DNA from: Vulcanimicrobiota bacterium
Lineage (GTDB): Bacteria > Vulcanimicrobiota > Xenobia > Xenobiales > JADMJV01
Length of the DNA stretch: 64,000 nt
Assembly: GCA_050250895.1 (NCBI GenBank)
Contig: JBFWNU010000002.1
Span: 32,001 to 96,000 of the forward strand
Reading direction: 5' to 3'
This document shows positions 48,253-55,258 of the stretch, one piece after another. A program made the translations under genes and the position numbers. The notes beneath the pieces are model-generated. The model saw only the letters and a list, made by a program, of their open reading frames with translations. It ran no database searches and was not told the DNA's origin. The stretch's first letter is position 1. Each line of letters opens with the position of its first letter.

Positions 48253-48458
48253 GCCGCCCGCCCAACCCCCCGCCGCCCGCCAGCCCAGCCTGCCGCCCCG
48301 CCGCCCGCCAGCCAACCCAGCCGCCGCCCGCCAACCCCCCGCCGCCCGCCAAGCCAACCACCGACCCACCGCCCCGCCGCCCCGCCGCCCGCAGCCACGC
48401 CGAGCCAGTCCGCACGCCAAGCCAACCACCGACCCCGCAGCCTGCCGAACCCGCCCCC
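48253..48458. repeat. extremely C-rich low-complexity tract (ccgccgcccgcca motifs)
   Basis: Almost no T; repeated ccgccgcccgcc and gccaagccaaccaccgaccc. Confidence 0.75.
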
Positions 48459-48495
48459 AAAAGAAAGAGCGGGCGCATCGCTGCGCCCGCTCTTT
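48459..48495 (-). terminator. rho-independent terminator
   Basis: Perfect 14-bp stem aaagagcgggcgca-tcgc-tgcgcccgctcttt with T-tract on the minus strand, just after the stop of 48507..49214. Confidence 0.85.
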
Positions 48496-48506
48496 GGGGT
48501 GGACTT

Positions 48507-49214
48507 TTAGTATTTTTCGTAGGGGACCAATTCAGTGTAAGAGCCGTCCGGGTTCTGCATTACGGGGTTGGTGGTCTGGGTGTTGGGATACAGATAGCTC
48601 TGGCCGTCGTAGGGATTGACGTATTCGTACTGGTCGTGAATCGTGTTGACGTACTGGTGGTGGTACTTGTCGCGCTGGGCGTCGGCCTGGCGCAGTCCCT
48701 GCATATAGCTGTCGAAAGCGGCGTTGTTGTCGCGGATGCGCTGCTGGCTGGCCTGGAAGTTCTGCTCTTCCATCTGGCGGCGAGCGTAGTAAGACTGCTG
48801 GCCCTCGGGAGTAGAGACCTCCCACTGGCGCTGGGCGATCCACTGCTGCAGGTTGGGCTGAATCTCTTGGTAGGAGCGGTAGTCGCGGAACTTCGTGCGG
48901 TAGCAGTATTCCATCAGGTTGGCCTGATACTGCTGGTAGCCGCCCGGGGCGCGCAGGCCGTCGAGGTTCTGGGCCAGGCCTTCGAGGTAGTTGTAGAACT
49001 GCTCGGTATACTGCATCTCGTAGACCGCTAGTTGATACTGCTGGTTGTCGCCGGCCATCTGGGCGATGTCGATCATCGACTTCGAGGTGGCGTAGTTGCT
49101 GCGGGTGATCTGGGCCGATACCTGCAGCTCCTGGAGCAGTTGCTGGTCGGTCTGGGCCCAGCTCGGGCCCGCCAATACGAGGAATAGAGCTAAGAGAACC
49201 GCTTTGACTTTCAC
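48507..49214 (-). CDS. secreted Gln/Tyr-rich hypothetical protein
   Basis: Signal peptide ending SWA; strong GC3 codon bias; own terminator. Confidence 0.8.
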   Translation of the reverse strand: MKVKAVLLALFLVLAGPSWAQTDQQLLQELQVSAQITRSNYATSKSMIDIAQMAGDNQQYQLAVYEMQYTEQFYNYLEGLAQNLDGLRAPGGYQQYQANLMEYCYRTKFRDYRSYQEIQPNLQQWIAQRQWEVSTPEGQQSYYARRQMEEQNFQASQQRIRDNNAAFDSYMQGLRQADAQRDKYHHQYVNTIHDQYEYVNPYDGQSYLYPNTQTTNPVMQNPDGSYTELVPYEKY

Positions 49215-49305
49215 CAGTTCGTCACTTTCCTGTGGGATAGTGACATACTAGGAGGGCAGGGGAGCCCGAACAGTGACTTCGATCACCATAGCCCTGTGAG
49301 CCAGG

Positions 49306-49719
49306 CTACTTTGTGAGCGAGGTCGCAACCGGCTCGTCGGCCAGCATCAGCTTGAGAATGGCCGCCGCTGCCGCCCGCGGCGAGGCACGGACCGTCTGGT
49401 GGAGATCCGGGCCCGAGCCTATGTGGGCTCGGAAGGCATCCAGAGCCCGCTGGCGCGTCCCGCTGTCGATCACCGGCAGCTGAGCAATGCACATGGTGAC
49501 CTGCTGGACCACTTCCGGGGTCAGCTGAGAGAAGAGTTCGGCCGAGGTCTCGGGAGGCAGGTTCATCAGCACGATGGCCGCTTGTTGAGTTCCGGGGCCT
49601 GCCGGCGCCGACGAGTTTGGAACGGGCAGTGGAAGCGCGTTCTTGCGATTGAGACGATAGCCGACGAAGGCCGACCAGGCGACCCCACCGGCGAATCCGA
49701 GCAAAACTTCGAGTAGCAT
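49306..49719 (-). CDS. membrane-anchored FliG N-terminal-like domain protein
   Basis: N-terminal TM; QQAAIVLMNLPPETSAELFSQLTPEVVQQVTMCIAQL..I...RQRALDAF resembles FliG-N (KAAILL..LGxE.AA.V...L...E......IA.L). Confidence 0.6.
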   Translation of the reverse strand: MLLEVLLGFAGGVAWSAFVGYRLNRKNALPLPVPNSSAPAGPGTQQAAIVLMNLPPETSAELFSQLTPEVVQQVTMCIAQLPVIDSGTRQRALDAFRAHIGSGPDLHQTVRASPRAAAAAILKLMLADEPVATSLTK

Positions 49720-49801
49720 GTTGGCAGAGTAGCAAAGCGGGCCGGCCTATTCCGTGCCGATCGTCACTTACGGCTGAACGCCGAAAGCCCTGCGGATGTT
49801 C

Positions 49802-50701
49802 TCAGGCGGCTCTGGCCAACCAGCGCCGGAGCCGACCCAGGACCGTCTTGGGAGGGGCTTGGATGGCGTGCCGGCGGGGGCGCAACACGCGCTTGAAAGC
49901 GTCGTCGAGATCCTCGGCCCAGGCCAGTCTGGCCAGATGCAGGTCGGCCGAACCGGGGAGCGCCGCGACGGTGTCGAGCAGGCCGCGGGCACGTTCGGGC
50001 CTCATGGTGGCCAATTGCGTCAACAGCCCGAGCAAACTGTCCGCTGAACTCACGCCCTCACGCAACAGACGGGCGTAGAGTCGATACGCGGCCAGGCAGA
50101 CCATCGGACTCAGCTCGGCAGGCAGCACGGTCAGAAAGCCACTCAAGCGGGCAGCCGCCGAGGTTCTGCCGATGGGACGGCCGATCGCCTCGGCCAGGGC
50201 TACGGCCGCGACCGGTTCGAAGTGGCTCAGCAGTTCGACCACCAGACCCGGCTGATGGCCCCGAGCCAGATATTCCAGCACCACTTCAAACTGGTCAAGA
50301 GGCTCGACCGCCCGCCAACAGGCTCTGAGCACCGTCAGCGCGTGGTGGTGAGAGTAGCCGGCCTCGATCAGCCCCCACATGGCTCGATAATACGGCAGAG
50401 GAGCATGCTTGGCGTAGCGGCGGGGTGAGTCCGGACCGTTCACGAGCACTCCGGTCTGCTCGAGCCAGGCCAGTTGTCGCTCCAGACCGGCCACCCCCAC
50501 GCGGTGACACATCTCCTCGAGCAGAGCGGTGGCCACCTCCGGCACGAGGCCATACTCGGTAAGGCGGGCGAGCACTCGCTCGGCAGTCTCGGGCAAACGA
50601 TGCTTGCGCAAATAGCTGGCCAGCTGCGAGCACTCATAGGGCCACAGCCCACCACGAAGAGCCGCTCGAATCACTTGAAACCCGGTTGATTGTGTCTGCA
50701 T
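49802..50701 (-). CDS. hypothetical helical protein
   Basis: AGGAGG RBS before ATG 50701; no family recognised. Confidence 0.65.
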   Translation of the reverse strand: MQTQSTGFQVIRAALRGGLWPYECSQLASYLRKHRLPETAERVLARLTEYGLVPEVATALLEEMCHRVGVAGLERQLAWLEQTGVLVNGPDSPRRYAKHAPLPYYRAMWGLIEAGYSHHHALTVLRACWRAVEPLDQFEVVLEYLARGHQPGLVVELLSHFEPVAAVALAEAIGRPIGRTSAAARLSGFLTVLPAELSPMVCLAAYRLYARLLREGVSSADSLLGLLTQLATMRPERARGLLDTVAALPGSADLHLARLAWAEDLDDAFKRVLRPRRHAIQAPPKTVLGRLRRWLARAA

Positions 50702-50766
50702 CGCTACCTCCTGCAAGAACATCAAACCGCATTGAACTCGGCCGAACCTACAAAAGCGGGCGACTA

Positions 50767-50799
50767 AATGTTAACGGAATGCTAACGGAATGTTAACAA
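50767..50799 (-). promoter_or_regulatory. triple 11-bp direct repeat (putative TF site)
   Basis: aatgttaacgg aatgctaacgg aatgttaacaa. Confidence 0.65.
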
Positions 50800-50911
50800 A
50801 GGATGAACGGGTGTGGCCGAGGTCCCGCCCCGTCGCTCGGGCTGCTTTCTCACCGATCAACAGCGTTCTCAGGGCTCTCATGCAGAAGTCATTCCGGGCA
50901 ATCCGGGCCCC

Positions 50912-50935
50912 AGACCCGCCCGGGTGGGCGGGTCT
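50912..50935 (-). terminator. hairpin terminator
   Basis: agacccgccc-gggt-gggcgggtct perfect 10-bp stem just downstream of the 50943 stop. Confidence 0.6.
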
Positions 50936-50942
50936 TGTCGGC

Positions 50943-51497
50943 CTATGCCTGCTGGGTGGGGTCTCCCTTGAGATAGCTATAGCCCGTGGCCGGTTCCGCC
51001 GCCGCGGGCGCGGGCGCTGGCGCTGGCGCCGGCGCGGGAGCGGGTTGGGGCCCCGGAGTGCTGGGGGCAAGCACGACGACCACGGGCACGGGGATCGGCC
51101 GCCCCCGACCACGATAGCCTTGATTGCCGTTGTTCGGCGTTTGCTCGGGCCCCGCGGCCGGCTCGGCTGCTGGGGCCTCGGCGGCGGGGGGCTCGGCTGA
51201 GGTTGGGGCCTCGGCGGGCGGCTTCAAAGAGTTCAACTGGGTGTCGAGCCAGTATCTGCGGTCCAACACTTGAGGCTTGTCGGCCCCCGAGAAGTCCTGC
51301 CAACCCCCGCTCATTTGCGAATAAGCTTCCAGGTATTCTCGCCTCTCTTCGGGGGACAACGCACCCAGAGGGTTGTCGGATGAGGGGTCCTGAACGGCCG
51401 TAGACGTACCTGCCGAGAGAGCCTGTTCGGCCATATCGCGCACAGGCGAGGGGGCGGACCAAGAACTGTTTACGTTCGAATATTGTGTGTTGAGCAT
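50943..51497 (-). CDS. Pro/Ala-rich hypothetical protein
   Basis: GGAGG RBS before GTG/ATG at 51500/51497; (PA)n tract; own terminator. Confidence 0.65.
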   Translation of the reverse strand: MLNTQYSNVNSSWSAPSPVRDMAEQALSAGTSTAVQDPSSDNPLGALSPEERREYLEAYSQMSGGWQDFSGADKPQVLDRRYWLDTQLNSLKPPAEAPTSAEPPAAEAPAAEPAAGPEQTPNNGNQGYRGRGRPIPVPVVVVLAPSTPGPQPAPAPAPAPAPAPAAAEPATGYSYLKGDPTQQA

Positions 51498-51567
51498 CAC
51501 TACCTCCGTTTCTTCCTCGAGTTTAGGCAGCTTCTCTCTGTGACCGTTCTGTGGCCGGGCCGAGAAG

Positions 51568-51600
51568 ATGAACAATTCTTGAACGAAGAATGAACTTCTT
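51568..51600 (-). promoter_or_regulatory. triple 11-bp-period TGAAC repeat (putative TF site)
   Basis: atgaacaattc ttgaacgaaga atgaacttctt. Confidence 0.5.
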
Positions 51601-51814
51601 CCGTAGCCTTTTGCATCAGCTTGCCCGGTCGGTGTCATCCATGGTGTCCCGGAGGTAAGCACGAGCGACTCGTTGCGCCTTCGGCCAAAGCTCTCAAGAG
51701 GAGTCTACAGGACACCCACAAGGTTGAGCCGAGGCCGTCGTCGGCCTGGCCCTGGCCGCCAAAGTCAGCGCGGGACAGCGAGAATAAGTGAGCAACTCCG
51801 GCGACCGTTAGGTC

Positions 51815-52327
51815 ATGTGGAAGCGAAGTCTCGAAGTCCTGGTCCTTCTTTTGGCGGTGGGTGGCCTGGCGGCCGTCTACCAGGCCCCGAGCCAGCCCTC
51901 TGCGCCGGCACCGTCACCCCCTCTCAGAACAGCGCCCAGCACCGCTCCCGCCAGGCCGGGTCCGCCTCCCAATCGGTGGGGCACCATTCCCTGCCAGGTT
52001 CTGCTCGAGCAGGGTCACCTGCGCCTGCGCTTCAAGAACGATGGCCCTGAAGATTTCAACATCCTGACCGGCGGCTCGGGTTACCACCTCACGATCGTCT
52101 CGCCCGAGCGGATCCAGATCCAGGCCGACTATTACGGCTGCGCTCTGACCTCGATTCACGACTGTTACCATACCCAGAGCCTGCTGGTACCTGCCGGCAA
52201 GTCGGTCATGCTCGACCTCGGACGGGCCCCCCAGGAACTTGCCGGCCTGCCCGATTCGCTCCCTGGCGAGTATGTTACCTACCCACGCCCAGCCAATCTC
52301 CAGCCCAAAATGGTGCCGGTTTATTAG
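51815..52327 (+). CDS. hypothetical membrane-anchored or secreted protein
   Basis: N-terminal hydrophobic helix, Pro-rich linker, beta-rich domain. Confidence 0.6.
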   Translation: MWKRSLEVLVLLLAVGGLAAVYQAPSQPSAPAPSPPLRTAPSTAPARPGPPPNRWGTIPCQVLLEQGHLRLRFKNDGPEDFNILTGGSGYHLTIVSPERIQIQADYYGCALTSIHDCYHTQSLLVPAGKSVMLDLGRAPQELAGLPDSLPGEYVTYPRPANLQPKMVPVY

Positions 52328-52382
52328 CCAATCGTTTCCAGGCCGGGTGGCCGGGGTAGAAGCCCGTAGGAGGATTTGAACA

Positions 52383-53180
52383 ATGGCAACCAGTGAAAAG
52401 ACCCTGCTTTCAGCAGGCAGCTTCTGTTGGGCCGACCTGGCCTCGACCGACCCCGCCAAGACCCGCAGCTTCTACACCGAGTTGATGGGCTGGACCCTCA
52501 ACGACGTGCCGATGGGCGACGGCCCGAGCTACACTATGGTGATGGCTGGCGAGCAGGGTGTGGGCGGCATGTATGCGATGGACGCGGCCCAGAAGGAGAT
52601 GGGCGTCCCCAGCCACTGGATGTGCTACCTCCTGGTCGACGACCTCGAGGCCATGACCAAAAGGGCTGCCGAACTTGGCGCTACCGTTCGCGTCGAGCCC
52701 TTCTCGGTCGGTCAGTTCGGTAGGATGTCGGTGCTGGTCGACCCCACCGGAGCCACTTTCGCCCTCTGGAAGTCGAGCACCGGCGAAGCCACCGCCTCCA
52801 CCGGCCTGGGCACCGTCTGCTGGAATGAACTTATGACCGAGGACACCCAGAACGCCTCCGAGTTCTACACCAAGCTCCTGGGCTGGACCCCTGAAGCCAT
52901 GCCCATGGCCCACATGACCTACACCATCTTTAAGAACGGTCAGGCTCCGGCGGCCGGCATGATGGAACTGCCGGCCGAGGCCAAGAAGCACGGCGCCAAG
53001 GCCCACTGGTTGCTCTATCTATCCGTGAACGATTGCGATCAGACCGTGGCCCGCTGCAAAGAACTCGGCGGCGGCATCTGCATGCCCGCCACCGACTTTG
53101 AGGGCGTGGGCCGGGGTGCCATTCTCACCGATCCGACCGGTGCAGCCTTTGGCGTGATTCACCTCAACAAGAGCTGCTAA
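52383..53180 (+). CDS. VOC/glyoxalase-bleomycin-resistance family protein (two-domain, CFP32-like)
   Basis: FCWADLASTDP..FYTELMGW, HWMCY, GRMSVLVDPTGA; second repeat CWNELMT..DPTGAAFG; AGGAGG RBS. Confidence 0.92.
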   Translation: MATSEKTLLSAGSFCWADLASTDPAKTRSFYTELMGWTLNDVPMGDGPSYTMVMAGEQGVGGMYAMDAAQKEMGVPSHWMCYLLVDDLEAMTKRAAELGATVRVEPFSVGQFGRMSVLVDPTGATFALWKSSTGEATASTGLGTVCWNELMTEDTQNASEFYTKLLGWTPEAMPMAHMTYTIFKNGQAPAAGMMELPAEAKKHGAKAHWLLYLSVNDCDQTVARCKELGGGICMPATDFEGVGRGAILTDPTGAAFGVIHLNKSC

Positions 53181-53293
53181 GCGGGGTCTTTTTTAGGACC
53201 GGAGAATCGTTACAAGTCTGCAATCCGCGACCGTCCTTCCAAGGGCTAGACTATAGATCCAACCAGCTCCAATATGATGCAGGAGCGCGTCCA

Positions 53294-54001
53294 GTGCAGG
53301 TTAGAAGTTTCCATCCCGGTCCCCACGTGCAGCTTGCCGCTGCCCCGCCCAGGTCGCCCAGGACCGAGGACCTGTTTGCTCCCCAGCCCCCCGAGCCTCC
53401 CCCTCGCGAGCGCATGAACATCGGCGGGGCGGTCGGGCTGTCGGCCTTCATCGCGGCTTCGGCCGCGGCCGGCGGAGCCGCCGGAGTGGGGGCCATGGTT
53501 TGGTCCGGCTGGCCCGGCCTGGCGGCCGGGGCGGCCATGGGCGGCCTGGGGGGAGTCACGGCCGGCTGGCTGGCTACCAAAGGTGCTCTCTACGGCCTGA
53601 CCAAAGTCACCGGCCGGGAGCCCTCCGACCAGCTCAAAAAATGGGCCCACCGCCTCACCTTCGCCGCCTGCCTGGCCGGGGGAGCGGCGGCCGGCTATGC
53701 GGCCATTCCCGCCAACGGGGGCAGTGGCTTCTGGATGGTAGCCAGCATGGTCTGTGGTGTGGCTGGCGGCCTTTGTTGGGGTCAAGAGCTGATCTTCGGC
53801 AATGTCTTCGACGACAACCAGCTGGTGGGCTACCGCAATCGCGAGGCTCAACGCCAGTTCGAGCAACAGACCCGAGAGTACGAGGAAGAACTCGCCCGCT
53901 TTCGGGCCGAGCTGGTGCCACCCGGTCAGGAAGTCTCGCTCGAAGAAAACGACGAATCGCTGGTCGTCGGCGACGTCACGCTGCCCCGCCAGACCTCCTG
54001 A
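53294..54001 (+). CDS. glycine-zipper membrane protein
   Basis: AGGAG RBS, GTG start; Pro-rich N-terminus, GxxxG helices, coiled coil, C-terminal EENDESLVVGDVTLP. Confidence 0.7.
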   Translation: MQVRSFHPGPHVQLAAAPPRSPRTEDLFAPQPPEPPPRERMNIGGAVGLSAFIAASAAAGGAAGVGAMVWSGWPGLAAGAAMGGLGGVTAGWLATKGALYGLTKVTGREPSDQLKKWAHRLTFAACLAGGAAAGYAAIPANGGSGFWMVASMVCGVAGGLCWGQELIFGNVFDDNQLVGYRNREAQRQFEQQTREYEEELARFRAELVPPGQEVSLEENDESLVVGDVTLPRQTS

Positions 54002-54147
54002 ACGTGGACCCGGCGCCGCCGGGCTGTTCGGGTTTACAAATGGCGATCTGAGGCCGCGCCGATTCGACCCTCTTTGATTCGACCTTCCAGGCTGGAAGAC
54101 AACTTATGCCACCCTCTTGCGGCCGCCCCGAGGTCTTCTCCCCAAGC

Positions 54148-54173
54148 AAAAGCGGGCCCGTTTGGGGCCCGCT
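54148..54173 (-). terminator. rho-independent terminator
   Basis: agcgggccc-gtttg-gggcccgct stem with T-run on the minus strand after the 54198 stop. Confidence 0.7.
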
Positions 54174-54197
54174 CACGGGGGACTTGCCTCTCTCGGG

Positions 54198-55109
54198 CTA
54201 TTGCTGTTGCTCCTGCGCTCCTACCACGCGCACGCGCTCGAAACCGTCAAGCTTGATCAAGTTGCCGCCCTCGCCCTGGGTGAAGAGCACCTCTCCCTGC
54301 TCATTGACCACGGTCACGGCCTTGTCACCGGCGCGAATCACGGCCACGTCGTGGTCGCCCTGCCCGCCCGAAAGACGCACCTGGTCCTCGCCCCGGCTGG
54401 CTCTAAAGACCACTCGGTCGTCACCCACGCCGCCGCGCACGCGGGTCGTGTCCGAGCCCAGACCCCCGCTGGCGCGCAAGACATCGTCTCCGCGGCCTCC
54501 CCGGACCACCTGACGGTCGGCTCCCTGACCTCCGCGGGCGATGGTTTCGTCGTTGCCTTGACCACCGCGCACCAGTTGCCGATCATTGCCCTCCTGGCCG
54601 CGGGCCAGTTCGAAGTCGTTGCCCTGGCCGCCGCGGATGACCTGGCGGTCACCACCACGTCCGCCCTCCTGGGCCAACACGTCGTTGCCCTGGTGGCCGC
54701 GGGCCTTCTGCACGTCACGGCCGGCGTGGGCCCGCTGGAAGCGGACATCGCGATGCTCGCCACCGTCGAAAATCTGGCGGTCGCGCAGGGGGTGCTCGAC
54801 GGGCGGCTGGGGGTTGGGCAGACTCGAGCCCGGATAGTAGTCGGTGAAGGTGAAGTAGGGGTCGATGGGAGTGGGCGAGACCGGCTGGCCGGCGAAGCCA
54901 CCGAATCCCTGGGCCAGTTGGGTCAGGCTCTCGAGCAGGCTGACCAGCATCTGAGCCGGTCCCTGGGCCGGGGGAAACTGGCGGACGTCCTGGTTTCCGA
55001 CGATGCTCCAGATGTTCTGGTAGGCATTCTGGTTGGCCGTCAGGTTGTTACGGAAGGACATCTGGGTGGAAACGGGGTCCTGATTGAAAGTGAAGGGTGA
55101 AATCGCCAT
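54198..55109 (-). CDS. RTX-like glycine/aspartate-repeat (putative Ca-binding beta-roll) protein
   Basis: About 13 tandem 11-aa repeats with a GGxGxD core; AGGAG RBS before ATG 55109. Confidence 0.75.
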   Translation of the reverse strand: MAISPFTFNQDPVSTQMSFRNNLTANQNAYQNIWSIVGNQDVRQFPPAQGPAQMLVSLLESLTQLAQGFGGFAGQPVSPTPIDPYFTFTDYYPGSSLPNPQPPVEHPLRDRQIFDGGEHRDVRFQRAHAGRDVQKARGHQGNDVLAQEGGRGGDRQVIRGGQGNDFELARGQEGNDRQLVRGGQGNDETIARGGQGADRQVVRGGRGDDVLRASGGLGSDTTRVRGGVGDDRVVFRASRGEDQVRLSGGQGDHDVAVIRAGDKAVTVVNEQGEVLFTQGEGGNLIKLDGFERVRVVGAQEQQQ

Positions 55110-55192
55110 GTTCGTTCTCTCCTGCAACTCGTTTGTTTTCTGAACCCAGAATAGGCTGGACCAAAAAAATCGGAGAAAAATGGCGACTCTCT

Positions 55193-55212
55193 AATGTAAA
55201 CATTTTGTAAAC
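55193..55212. promoter_or_regulatory. TGTAAAC-N4-TGTAAAC direct repeat in the divergent promoter
   Basis: tgtaaac attt tgtaaac between the RTX-like gene and the REC-BTAD gene. Confidence 0.55.
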
Positions 55213-55258
55213 CCGACTCGCCGAGGAGACCGTTGTCGGTGGGCGAAGGAGAGGGCCG

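Noticed and set aside
47414-49031. ORFs inside the repeat and C-rich tract (e.g. 47544..47903, 47941..48429, 48014..48619, 48243..49031)
   Set aside because: Translations simply mirror the DNA repeat, unit lengths are not multiples of 3, and the longer ones cross a terminator or lie antisense to a real gene.
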